Shown piece by piece: positions 26,322 through 38,892 of a DNA stretch of 64,000 bases. Made by a program: the position numbers and the translations under genes. The DNA is taken from the NCBI GenBank assembly GCA_951406725.2, contig OX597819.1, forward strand, positions 61,876,001-61,940,000. Direction: 5' to 3'. The notes under the pieces were generated by a model. It saw nothing but the letters and a program-made list of their open reading frames with translations, had not been told where the DNA came from and did not search any database. Every line of letters starts with the position of its first letter. The stretch's first letter is position 1. Source of the DNA: Octopus vulgaris. Taxonomy: Eukaryota.

Positions 26322-27840
26322 GTACAGGTGTGGTAAGAAGCTTGCTTCTCAACCGCATGGTTCCGGGTTCATTCCCACTGCGTGGCATCTTGGGCAAGTG
26401 TCTTCCACTATAGCATCGGGCCGACCAAAGCCTTGTGAGTGGATTTGGTAGATGGAAACTGAAAGAAGCCCATTATATATATATATAGCGTGTGTGTATA
26501 TGTTTGTATCAGTGTTTGTTTCCCACCATCACTTAACAACTGATGTTGGTGTGTTTACATCCTCATAACTTAGCAGTTCGACCAAAGACACCGATGGAAT
26601 AAGTCCAGTGTTTGATTTCTATGACTAAAAGGTGATGCTCCAGCATGGCCACGGTTAAAATGACTGAAACAAGAATACATACATATATATATATACATAT
26701 GTAGTGTAGGCATGGTTTTGTGGTAAGAAGTTTGCTTCCAACATACATAGTTCCAAGTTCAGTCCCACTTCATAGAACCTTGGGCAAGTGTCTTCTACTT
26801 TAGCCTGGGCCAACAAAATTCTTGTGTATTTCGTAGATGCAAACTGAAAGAAGCCTGTGATATATGTATACGTGTGTGTGTGTTTTTTTTTATCTGTGTT
26901 TGTTCCTTACCACTGCTTAACAATCTGTGTTGGTGGGTTTACATCACTGTAACTTAGGTGGTTCAGCAAAAGTGATCAATATATTAAGCACCGGATTATT
27001 AAAAAAAGTCCAGGGGTTGATTCATTTAACTAAAATACTTCAAAGCAGTGCTCCAGTATGGCCACAGTCTAATGATTGAAGCAAGTAAAAATATATAAAA
27101 ATGATATATACGCAGGCTTGGTTGTGTGGTGAGAAGCTTGCTTCCCAACTACATGGTTCTGGGTTCAGTCCCACTGCATGGCACTTTGGACAAGTGTCTT
27201 CTACTATAGCCTTAGGCTGACCAAAGCCTTGTGAGTGGATTTGGTAGACGGAGCCTGTCATATATTCGTGTTTGTCCCCCCACCATCGCTTGACAGCCGA
27301 TATTGGTGTGTTTACTTCACCGTAACTTAGCAGTTCGGCAAAAGAGACCGATAGAAAAAGTATCAGGCTTACAAAGAATAAGTCCTAGAGTCGATTTGTT
27401 TGAATAAAGGCAGCACTCCAGCATGGCTGCAGTAAAATGACTGAAACAAGTAAAAGAATATATAGGCACAGGAGTAGTTGTGTGGTAAGAAGCTTGCTTC
27501 CCAACCACATGGTTCCAGGTTCAGTCCCACTGCGTGGCACCTTGGGCAAGTGTCTTTTACCAAAGCCTTCTGAGTGGATTTGGTAGACAGAAACTGTAAG
27601 AAGCCCGTCATATTTATATATATATATATATGTGTGTGTGTATATTTGTGTGTTTGTCTCCCCACCATCACCTGACAACTGATGTTGGTGTGTTTACATC
27701 CCTGTAACTTCACAGTTTGGCAAAAGGGACCGACAGAACAAGTACTAGGCTTGCAAAGAATAAGTTCTGGGATTGGTTTGTTTGACTAAAGGCAGTGCTC
27801 CAGCATGGCCGCAGTCAAATAACTGAAACAAGTAAAAGAG
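26322..27840 (+). mobile_element. four head-to-tail SINE family A copies
   Basis: Heads near 26322, 26708, 27112, 27464; each ends near gaaacaag. Confidence 0.88.
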
Positions 27841-27843
27841 TAC

Positions 27844-27878
<35 letters not shown>

Positions 27879-27880
<2 letters not shown>

Positions 27881-28435
27881 AGCAACACCCCCCCCCCGCC
27901 GTCCAATGGACGGTACTGAATCATATCTGCTGAATAAAAAGCAATCGGTGTTTCCTTTTCATTAAAAAATAATTAAGCATGCTTTTATTTCAATAAAATT
28001 TTTTGTTTTTTTAAACGAAGTTAAGGCAAAAAAAAAACTTATTGCGAAACCAAATAGTCTTTCCTTCCTTCATGCCAAGTTTGAAGAAAATATCTCTTTT
28101 GCATCTTACTTTTTTGGTCTCTTAAATATACTGCATTTTGTGGCATTATTTCAAGCCAGCTGGCTTTTTTTGTGCAAACTGCACGTGCATTTTTCTTGTG
28201 TATGCGTAGTATCGATCACAACAGTTGATGTCCTTGCATATACAAATGCACATTTCCACGGCTTTATCGATCGCATTCTCACCTGGATTCGATTTTTGTA
28301 ATATTCTCAAGACGCCCTGATACCATCGGTATCTACATATCAAATTTGAGCACAATTGGATGGAGGATGCCCGAAATCCAAGAAGACACACACACAGACA
28401 TGATATAACTTTGTATTTTGCATTTTATGTGTAGA
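27879..28435 (-). mobile_element. non-autonomous Helitron-like element
   Basis: Minus strand begins TC; other end has hairpin ccgtccaatggacgg next to a CTCG-type terminus; sister copy at 43763-44322. Confidence 0.65.
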
Positions 28436-28887
28436 TGTATATATATATAGATGTACACAAATATATACACATTTATACATGCACTAGCACTATGACCCGG
28501 CAATGATGGGTCTTTAATGCTAGTATATATATATATGTGTGTGTGTATATATATATTACAAATTAAAAATTAAAATAAACCTAATCCTGCATTACTTGTT
28601 GCAGCACGTAAAGCTAAGTTTTCCTCCATATCTGTTTAAAGACACAAGTGTTAAGAGATAAAGCTGTAAAACATGCTCAGACATGATTATTATGAACAAC
28701 AAACATCAGGTCCTTCTCTTAAGCTTTTACTGTGTTAAGTTTAACCAGAATGGTTTGAAGTGAAAAGTAGGTGTCGGAAGTCAACCTGTTGCTTGATATT
28801 GAGTTTTAATGTTAAGATAATAACCCCATGTTTATTATTTATATTATTTGCATTGGACAGATATGTGTCCTCGTCTTGTTTGTTGTT

Positions 28888-28934
28888 ACTACAACGTTTC
28901 AGCTGATTTACTCTCCACCCTTCATCAGGTGTCC
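28888..28934 (-). ncRNA. minimal hammerhead-ribozyme-like motif (Penelope-type)
   Basis: Minus strand ggacac-CTGATGA-agggtggagagtaaatcagct-GAAACGTT; both core boxes present, stem II imperfect. Confidence 0.65.
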
Positions 28935-29362
28935 AGGTAGGGTTTTGAACCCAACCCTGGGTTCTCATTCCTATGGTATTTTTTTTTGCTGATGTTATTA
29001 TTATTATTATCATTATTATTTATTCAAAATATAGAACAATATGAACCCATGTTGGTGTGGAAAATTATACTCTATTTTTATGTTTTCTTGTTTTAGTCAT
29101 TAGTCTGTGGCCATGCTGGGGCACTGCCTTGAAGTATTTTCAGTTGAATGAACTTACTCTAGTACTTATTTTTTCTAAGCCTGGTACTTATTCTATCGGT
29201 CTCTTTTGCCAAACTGCTAAGTTACAGGAACATACACCAACACCAGTTATCAAGTGGTGGTGGCAGACAAACAGACACATGTATACATGATGGGCTTCTT
29301 TCAGTTTCTGTCTACCAAATCCACTCAGCCATGGCACCTATCTCCAAGAACGGAATATCATC

Positions 29363-30200
29363 TTAACCCTTTGTGCCTATGAATACACTTGGGAATGCAT
29401 GATTTCACTTGACTAAAGCCCTGAAAAGTGCAAATGCATGTGACCACATTTTTGTGTTGATGACCAAAAATAATGATGTTTCAAGTGATTAGAAAGCTAT
29501 CATTATCATTGTTTAATGTTCACATTTCCATGCATTTATGGGTCGGATGGAATTTGATGGGGTAGATTTTTCCATAGGCTGGATGCCTTTCCTGTTGTCA
29601 ACCCTTACCTGTTTTCAAGCAGAGTAATATTTTCCCGTGGCCAGATTTGTTTTCATGGAAGATAAGGAATGAACGTCATCCCTTGTATGACAATGTTGTT
29701 CATTTAACAATCATCAGTTGATCCACAAGGAGCTACACTACAGAGAGGACAGACAAATTGATTAAGCCGATTATATCGACCCCCAGTGCATAACTGGTAC
29801 TTATTTAATCGACCCCGAAAGGATGAAAGGAAAAGCCGACCTTGGCAGAATTTGAACTGAGAACGTAGCGACAAACGAAATACCACTAAGCATTTCGCCC
29901 CATGTACTAACGTTTCTGCCAGCTCGCCGCCTTTCAGTTTCTGTCTACAAAATCCACTCACTAGGTTTTGGTTGGCCTGGGGCTATAGGAAAAGACAATT
30001 GCCCAAGGTGGCACACAGTGGGATTGAGCCCAAAACCATGTGGTTGGAAAACAAGCTTCTTAACCACATAGGCATGTCTGCACGCACCGTCATATTTGTA
30101 AACACAAAACCACATGGCCACCTGCTTTTTGTATCTTGTAGGGGTTATAGTCAAACGAAATCACACCCACGGAAGCATACTTGTGAGTTGAAAGGGTTAA
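29363..30200. mobile_element. piggyBac-like foldback element split by nested SINEs
   Basis: TTAACCCTTT at 29363 and AAAGGGTTAA ending 30200; ~90-bp diverged inverted arms; SINE D, B and A pieces between. Confidence 0.6.
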
Positions 30201-30699
30201 GAATCTATTCTTTACATTTTTTATATCTGGCTCATCTTTTGCCAGTTCCTTGTTGGACTTACTACTGCCAGTTCCATGTTAAAAGCACCCAGTATGCTCT
30301 GTAAAGTGTTTGGCATTAGGAATTGTATCCAGTTGTAGAAATCATGTGAAAGCAGACATTGAAGCGTGGCACAGTCTTTTAGCATGTCAGCTCCTGTTGA
30401 ATCATCCAACCCATTCTAGCACGGAAATGAGATGTTAATAAAGATGATCAAGCTAATGGCTTCTCTTTTTGCAACAAGTATTCAAAAGTATAGAAAGTTG
30501 AGAAATAAGATGACCATGTATTATTTATGTCTTCAAACTGTTTCAGCAGTGACGTGAATCAAGTGATGTTACTACAAATGGGAGTTTAATCTGGTTTTTA
30601 AAGAGTTGTCCAGTACTTCATGGGGTAATTGCTTCTGTGCTGACATACCAACAACACTAAATATCTCTGCATCAATATTTTCAAAAATTTGTGCCACAG

Positions 30700-31280
30700 G
30701 TGAAGACATGGCTGTGTGGTTAAGAAATTCATTTTGCAGTTAATTTCTAGTGGTGAGCTGGCAGAAACATTAGCACACCAGACAAAATGCTTAGCGGTAT
30801 TTCGTCTGTCTTTACATTCTGAGCTAAAATTCCACCAAGGTCGATTTTGCCTTTCATCTTTTCAGGGTCAATAAATTAAGTACCAGTTGTGTACTGGGGT
30901 CAATTTAATCAAGTGGCCCCTTCCCCAAAAATTTCGGGCCTTGTGCCTAGAGTAGAAAAGAATTTCTGGTTCAGTCCCACTGTGCGGCAGTTTGGGCAAG
31001 TGTCTTTTATGATAGCCCCAAACCAACCAATGCTTTGTGAGTGAATTTGGTAGGCGGAAACTGTGTGGAAATCCATAGTGTGTTTGTGGTTGTCCCCCAC
31101 TGTCACATGACAACCGGTGTTGATTTGTTTACGTCTTCGTATCATAAAAGTTTGTCAAAAAAGACCCCCATCCCCGACTTAAAAACAAGTACTGAGGTTG
31201 ATTTGTTCGACAAAACCCTTCAAGACTGTGCTTCAGCATGGCCACAATCCAATGAATGAAACAAGTGTAAGATAAAAGAT
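30700..31280 (+). mobile_element. SINE A copy interrupted by SINE B (~30749-30960)
   Basis: A head gtggttaagaa, then B element, then A resumes at ggttcagtcccactg. Confidence 0.75.
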
Positions 31281-32021
31281 AGGAATATATCTTCAAGACT
31301 TCTGATAAACAAGAATGGTATTGTCTTATGTTTCTGCTGTTCTCAGATGTAAGATTATGTGTGATGGATCAAGTTGTTTGCAGCTCTTACTCAACTCTTT
31401 TCAAGTAGACCTATTGATCAAAGACACTCCAGCCATGTCCATCCACCATTTCTTGATGTGTGGATATCAGAGATGATACATCTAATATATCTCCTGTTTT
31501 TGTACTAATTTTGTACTAATTTACTGTGTGGAGGCACGTGGCTTAGTGGTTAGGGTGTCAGCATCATGATCGTAAGATTGTGGTTTCAATTCCTGGACTG
31601 GGTGACGTGTTGTGTTCTTGAGCAAAACACTTCACTTCACGTTGCTCCAGTCCACTCAGTTGGCAAAAATGAGTAACGCTGCAATGGACTACAATTGTAG
31701 AAATTCTAACATTAGTTTAATTTTTTTCATTCTGATATCAAAACAGATGAGCATATGAAAGTGGGTACCCCTAATCACAAGCTGTCAATCATTTGCATGT
31801 ATTTATCATAGAAATCTATGGAAAGTACAAATTGTGGTAGATCGCATACTATACTAGTATAGTATGCAGTCTACCACAGTGTCAAGCAGTATAGCCAGGG
31901 TTATCTACCTTATCTTTCTTTCAGATATTTCAGAGATAAAACACTTCGTACATTATAAAGGAATTACACTAATAAGAAACACTGAATCTTATATTATTTT
32001 ATATGACAAAGAAATTACACA

Positions 32022-32436
32022 AGCGCAGGATTGGCTGTGTGGTAAGTAGCTTGCTTACCAATCACATGGTTCCAGGTTCATTTCCACTGCGTGGCACCTT
32101 GGGCAAGTGTCTTCTAGTATAGCCTCAGGCTGACCAAAGCCTTGTGAGTGGATTTGGTAGACGGAAACTGAAAGAAGCCCATCATATATATGTATATATA
32201 TATATATATATGTATATGTGTGTATATGTTTGTGTGTCTGCGTTTGTTCCCCCAACATCACTTGACAACCGATGTTGGTGTGTTTACGTCCCCGTAACTT
32301 AGCGGTTCGGCAAAAGAGACCAATAAAATAAGTACTAGGCTTCCAAAGAATAAGTCCTGGGGTCGATTTTCTCAACTAAAGGCGGTGCTCCAGCATGGCC
32401 ACAGTCAAATGACTGAAACAAGTAAGAGTAAAAGAC
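32022..32436 (+). mobile_element. full-length SINE family A
   Basis: Close match to other family A copies. Confidence 0.9.
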
Positions 32437-35097
32437 TAGGTAAATCAAGACAATCCATCTTAATGATAAACACTTCTTATGTCATTAGGTAGAGTAGCAT
32501 GTAACTTTGGAATTCTGGGACTTGTCTCTCTTTTTCACCACAGCTCACAGTGAGCAAGACGTGACTGCCTCAGCTCTTAATCTCACCTTGGAGAGATGCG
32601 CAACCATGAGACAAGCAATGGCAAGTAGACATTAAGCCATTATGATTTGGATTCCACAGAAAATGAACATTATCTTCACTTGTAAATATTTCGTGTAACT
32701 TATTCTACTTGTACATATCTGAGACCTCAAAAAAAGGCATAAAATCTACAACTTGGTTCTGAGATGTTCAATACACAGTGTTCTTTCTTCCCAAAGGGAT
32801 ATATTTTGTTCCAGCCTTCTGAACGGAACCACACTAAGCCACAGCACATCTAAAAGGCTCTTGATAATCTATCTATAATGTATATAATATTGTATTCATA
32901 TAGATCAGATGTTTGTTGTTTGTTCTTTCTCAAGCCATGTGTGGCTCATAAGGGCCAGTTTCCTTGGCGTATAGGTTCCCCACCTGGACGGGACGCTGGT
33001 CTGTCGCAGGTGAGCTGCAAGATGAAGGAGGAAAGAGAGAGAGAAAGTTGTGGCGAAAGAGTCAGCAGAAGTTCGCCATTATCTTCTGTCGGAGCTGCAT
33101 GGAGATTACATGTTTCGCTCATAAACACACACATTGTCTGGTCTGAGATTCGAACCCACAATCCCTCGACCGCAAGTACGCTGCTCTAACTCCTAGGCCA
33201 TGTGCCTCCACATATAGATCAGATATACCTTTACAACACACTCTTGTCACCATTGACTAAACCTCTGTTGTCACTCGACCTGGTAGAAATAACAGCCAAA
33301 TCTAAAAATGATATGGCACCATTTAAAAAAAATCCAAGACATTAGATAATGTTGCTCCAGACTGGATTGCCATTCTTCAGTCCACTGCAGGACGAAGTCC
33401 TTAGCAAGTTCTTTCTATCAACCACAGTCTGATGTGAATTTGTGCTCAAAATCATACTGGTTTGGTGCGCCTACTCTGTCACACGGCCTCGGTATGGCTT
33501 CACAGAGGGTGCAGTTTTTATACTCTTACCCAGGAGTTGTTAAGTCGATCATATCGACCCCAGAGCTCAACAGGTGCTTATTTTATCGACCCCGAAAACA
33601 TGGAAGGCGAAGTCGACCTCAGCGGAATTTGAACTCAGAACATAAGGACAGACGAAATGTTGTTAAACATTTCGCCTAGCATGCTAACGATTCTGCCAGC
33701 TCGTTGCAGACACCTCCCAAAAATAATAGACGAGATACGGTTTGATTGTCTTTGATCATTTGATTCGTAGGTCTACTTGAACAGAGTTGACGTGAAGCTG
33801 AAAACAAAAACTCGAGCCTCTAGACATTATCTTAATATGCAGGTACACGCACGCACGCACAAACACACAGAACGGAACAGCATTACCCTTTAGTAGTTTG
33901 ACAAACGACGTTTGTTTATATAAGTGTCAGAACAAAGACATCATCTGTTGAGAACATTAACAACAAAACTCTGTGACACCAACATATACAATAAGCATTT
34001 ATTTATCTATTCGATTGTCAACAAAGTAACGGACATCTTTTCAAAAACAGAAAGATTGGTGTCGTATTTAAACGAGCGTGTTGTTGTGTCTATGAACGCA
34101 TAACCGAACCACCTGTTGCTATCAAAACTGTAAGAATTATTTCGAAGATGAAGAAATCTCATCTAAAGCTATTTACTTTCTAAACAGATTAATCTGATAT
34201 TGATCGAAACTTGTTTTCTCTTCCTTAGAAAGTGTGTGGGTGAATGGGAAGGTGGTCGCACCTCAGGCAGTTTGTGTGAGTTTCTCGATTTTGAGATATC
34301 CTGATACATGCTGGGAAATCAATATTTACAAATAGTAAAAGTGATCGGACATTGGAGTTTGTAGCTAGTTGTCTGGAGTGTTCTGTTGCGAATTTTGCTT
34401 AGAATGTTGGAAGAAAGTCAGAAGGCGAATGTATGAACGGACTCAACATACCATATTTCAGGAGAGGTAACCCTCTTGTACAAGCGGTAGTAAGTGATAC
34501 TACAATTTTTAAGTAAATGTTGAATAAAATGTGTGGGAACAGAATGTACAATTGCGAGTGTTGGATGACAGGAAGAGGATCTTTTCGGTTTGAACGGCAA
34601 TTTTCAACACAATTTCTAGTTAACTAAACACTTTTAAACTTCGTATACTGGTAGAATGTGTCAAAATAAAACATTTTTTTCTCTTGGCTTTCTTGAGAAA
34701 CTGTTGTTTCTGGCAACTGAGCGACTGCATAGATGCTTACTCATCCAGGATTGGTTTTGCTAACATCAATAAAAGCGAATACCAGTTGTATATTGGTGAT
34801 CATTTCAAACGACCATATTCTTTTTCTACAATATTTTGCCAAAAACTTCAGCAAATTTACTGACAAATTTTATCGTCCGCCAAGTAAGCATTCATGTATT
34901 TCAGCCCAAGCTAGAACCAACCGACTACTCACTACCAACACATAAACCGCCCTCCTTCTTCCTCACTGAAACATGAATCCCTTTTCATTTGCTGTCCAGG
35001 CTCAAGATCTCTCTAACATTGTCCTCTAAAATCGTTCCAACTACTCTCAGACATTATTACCTATCTTCCTGCATAGAGAGGGAGAACGAAAGAGAGG

Positions 35098-35149
<52 letters not shown>

Positions 35150-35580
35150 AGAGTATCTATTTATCATATCTAATGTAATTGCATTACAAAAAGGCAAATT
35201 AACTGCTGCATTCGTCCGGTGATAATATCTCTAATGGACGCACTGTGTTTAACGTTACATATATATCAGCAGCAGTCGAACATCGTCCAGCAACGGTGAT
35301 GAGAATTCTAGATGTGCATTTCTGCCTCGCTGGGCTTTGTCAGTAGCATGTACTCACAGCCAAGTATTTGGTAAGGTGAAATCTTTCACAACTCATAAAG
35401 AAAAACTGATTGAAAAACCGGTGGTGCTGCAATTAGCCGCCCGGCTGGACAAAAATCCATTCTATACAACAGAAGCAATATCAGATTAAAAGAATCATCT
35501 GTCATCAGACCGAATACCGCCGTTCATTTGTGTCTCTGTGATACATTTGCTAAGCATAATACACACGTTGCATATTACGA

Positions 35581-35614
<34 letters not shown>

Positions 35615-35924
35615 CACCGTGATCGACCAGGCTATCTGATGTTGCTACACATCGCTGTAGCAACATTGTTTTAGCCTTCAAATGACGCCACCCCGCTGGC
35701 TAAGCGAGCAGGTCAACAGAAGAAAAAGTGAGAGAAAGTTGTGGCGAAAGAGTACAGCAGGGATCGCCACCACCCACTGCCGGAGCCTCGTGAAGCTTTA
35801 GGTGTTTTCGCTCAATAAACACTCACAATGCCCGGTCTGGGAATCGAAACCGCGATCCTACAACCGCGTGTCCGCTGCCATAACCACTGGGCTATGGCGC
35901 CTCTACACACACACACATACTTTA

Positions 35925-36270
35925 ATTGTTTTACTTGTTTCAGTCATTTGACTGCGGCCATGCTGGAGCACCGCCTCAAAGGGTTTTGGTCGCAGAAATC
36001 GACTCCAAGGTTTATTCTTTGTAAGCCTAGTACTTATTCTACTGGACTTTTTTGCCGAACCGCTAAGTTACGGGGACGTAAACACACTGCCATCGGTTGT
36101 CAAGCGGCGATGAGGTGGGGACAAACACACACACACATATAAATATATATATATACACGACAAATCCACTCACAAGGCTTTGATCGGCCAAGGTGTCATG
36201 TAATGGGAGTGAACCTGGAACCATGTGGTTGGAAGGCAAAGTTCTTACCACACAGCCACGCTTGCGCCTA
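35925..36270 (-). mobile_element. SINE family A
   Basis: Reverse complement of family A. Confidence 0.85.
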
Positions 36271-36334
36271 TATAGACACACGCCTTGTATTTCAATATTC
36301 CAGATTTAAAATCCCTCACCAAGAAAACTAAGGT

Positions 36335-36540
36335 CTAGCTATCTCTGTCGTTTGCACTTTCTAGTCGTAACATCATTAGAGAAGTCGGGCGACGGCACGT
36401 GCGGTAAGATTGTCTTAAAATTAGCCAACGAGTGTAGCTTAGGATTACGTCTGCTGTTAATAAATGGATTAAGCATTTATTTTTTTTAATGAGAACTGCT
36501 TCTGTAATCCGTAAACTTCTAATATTTTTATTCATTTATT
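36335..36540 (-). pseudogene. possible Penelope-like GIY-YIG C-terminal remnant
   Basis: LRITEAVLIKK resembles the terminal LxIxEALxI motif of PLE endonucleases; short and weak. Confidence 0.4.
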
Positions 36541-36747
36541 TTTCTGTGTTTGATAGTACCGGTGTATATCAAACGTCATGACCGCTCTCCAGATATATTT
36601 TCACAGATGGTGAATCCATTTGTGTAAGTATACCCTTTGATATGGATATGCTGTTTGCGAATGTCGCTGCCGAAATATTGGAGTAGAAGGTAAAGAAAAT
36701 ATGAATTATTGTTTTTGTCTTGTTTTGGAGTTGGATTCTGTTTATGC

Positions 36748-37765
36748 TTTATTATCTCCGCCTTAGTGAAGGCGGAGGTATTGTTTTCACTCGTGTTTGT
36801 TTGTTCGTCGACAAGATATCTCAAGAACTGTTGGGTGGATGCGGATGAAACTTTCAGGCACGTTTGACCTTGTGACTGGCACGGTCTAATTAGATTTTGG
36901 GATCGAACCGGTACCGGACAAGGATTCTGGATTATTTTTTATATTTTCTTTATATGTATGCGTAAAGTTTCTCATAGTTCTCTTGTACACGCACACACAT
37001 ATACTCACATATTCTCATCGTTGAATATTACCATTCAGCGTTGAATATTTCTATTGTACACGCGCGCGCGCGCAAACATACCTCTCTTTTACACACACAT
37101 ATACCCACACTTCAAACACCGTTTATTAACTTTTCACTCTTTCATTCGTTATTCATTTCTCACCCCTTCTTTTCGCATTCATACGACGCTCTCTCTGCCA
37201 TTTCGTTTCGTCTTTCTCATGGTCATTACTTTCTGTCACTCCCTCTCAATCATAGCTATTACTCTCACTACTTCTCCTTCACTGTGTTAGTATTTCATCT
37301 CCTCTCCCTTCACCTCTCACTCAATGTGTATTAGCAAATGTTATAGATACAAAATTTTCCGACCACTTCGTTAGAATTATAATTTTTATGTTCAGTTACG
37401 TTTCTCTATCAAAGTTCCTGTTGCATTTAAACAAGTGTTTCCAAAACTTTTACGAAGTGACTCCCAAAGACCTATCGACATGTGTGCGCTCAAGTCACGC
37501 AAATATTTTCATTACCCAGACGACACACAAACAGCATTATAAACACAGCCTGCACACCTACTTGCACATTCCATGATTCCCATTGGGATCGATCAGGTAC
37601 CGGACAAGGTATATAGATTATTTTTCCGTTTAAGAGCGATCGGGTTCATTTTTAGTATTCTCGTTTGTGAGAGCAGTCGATTTTAATTCAGATGTTCTCA
37701 TTTTAAAAATCATCTCTGGTTAATCGTTGAGAGGACGTTGGTGTTGTGTTAGTGGAAGTTTGCAC
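36748..37765. mobile_element. DINE-1/Helentron-associated (HINE)-like element with internal insert
   Basis: ttattatctccgccttagtgaaggcggaggtattgttttc start, gtttgttt microsatellite, duplicated gggatcga..ggtaccggacaagg at ~36899 and ~37585. Confidence 0.6.
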
Positions 37766-37766
37766 C

Positions 37767-38892
37767 GAGGAAATTTTCAATAACCACGCACCATATTATA
37801 ATCAAGCACTCGCCGCTAGCGGCTTTTCCCAACAAATAGAAAACATCCATAACACCAGGCTCAAATATCTCAAATCACATCTCAAACACACACCAACCAT
37901 CACAATCGCAACCAACCACACACACTCGTCGATGGAACCCTAGGTCTTTCACCTTGGCAACCTAGACCGCACACACATTCATTTAACACTAGGTCAAAAA
38001 CAAAAACAACTAAAACAGCTAACAACAACAGGCCTCGCCACTCACATACCTTCTCCAAAAATATAGCTAGCACTCCTTTATCTAAAAACTTAGATAGCAT
38101 TACTCCCAGACCCCCTTAAAAAAGCGGCGGACGCTCTATTCTGTGGTACACACCCATTCTCACTTAACGTTAAGAACTTAGCTAAATCCTTCTTTAAAAT
38201 ACTAGACTCTAACTTCCCTCGGCAACATAAATATCATTCTATCTTTAATCGATCCACCCTGAAACTATCTTATTCTACTCCACCCAACTTCGGATCTATT
38301 GTAGCAGCCTCTAATAAGCAAAAGCTTTCTCTTTACTATCAAAACTCACATAACTACAACTCTAGCCATACGAACACTTAACACACATACAGCTCCAGCA
38401 AAGATACCCTTGCATTAGACCACAACCACAACCCAACCCATCCTACTGACACTGCCCGGAACACCACCACAATCTCTACTACCCTTACAAATAGTACATT
38501 TAACAACAACAATAGTAATAATAACAATGATGGTAATAATAACGTTAATAATACTAATAATCTAGAATCTGCTACCCCCTTCTCTAACCTCTCTTCTGAC
38601 GATATTACCTCCTCTATTCCTGAATACATTCCCCAAAATTCACCTAATTGTAATTGCCGTCCTAGAACCATCTGCCCGTTACAAACCCATTGCAGAAGAT
38701 ATAATGTAAATTACAAATGCACTGTCCTTAATCTATTACCCAACTCACAGCCATATACACAGGATCAACCAAAATTTTAAGCAACGATATGCCGCTCAAC
38801 TCCATTCTTTTAAATACAATAAACATAGTAAATCTACAACATTCATCAATCACATACATCATCTCAAAAATACAAATATACCCTATACTCTA
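37767..38892 (+). pseudogene. Penelope-like element (Naiad-type): RT thumb plus GIY-YIG endonuclease, frameshifted
   Basis: EEIFNNHAPYYNQALAASGF; RSILWYTP/FSLNVKNLAKSFFKILDSNFPRQHKYHSIFNRSTLKLSYS; CNCRPRTICPLQTHC..VNYKC..IYTGST..FKQRY...HSFK. Confidence 0.85.

Noticed and set aside
35270-35490. Pif1/Helitron helicase-like peptide FLPRWALSVACTHSQ
   Set aside because: Only a faint resemblance; no other helicase motifs
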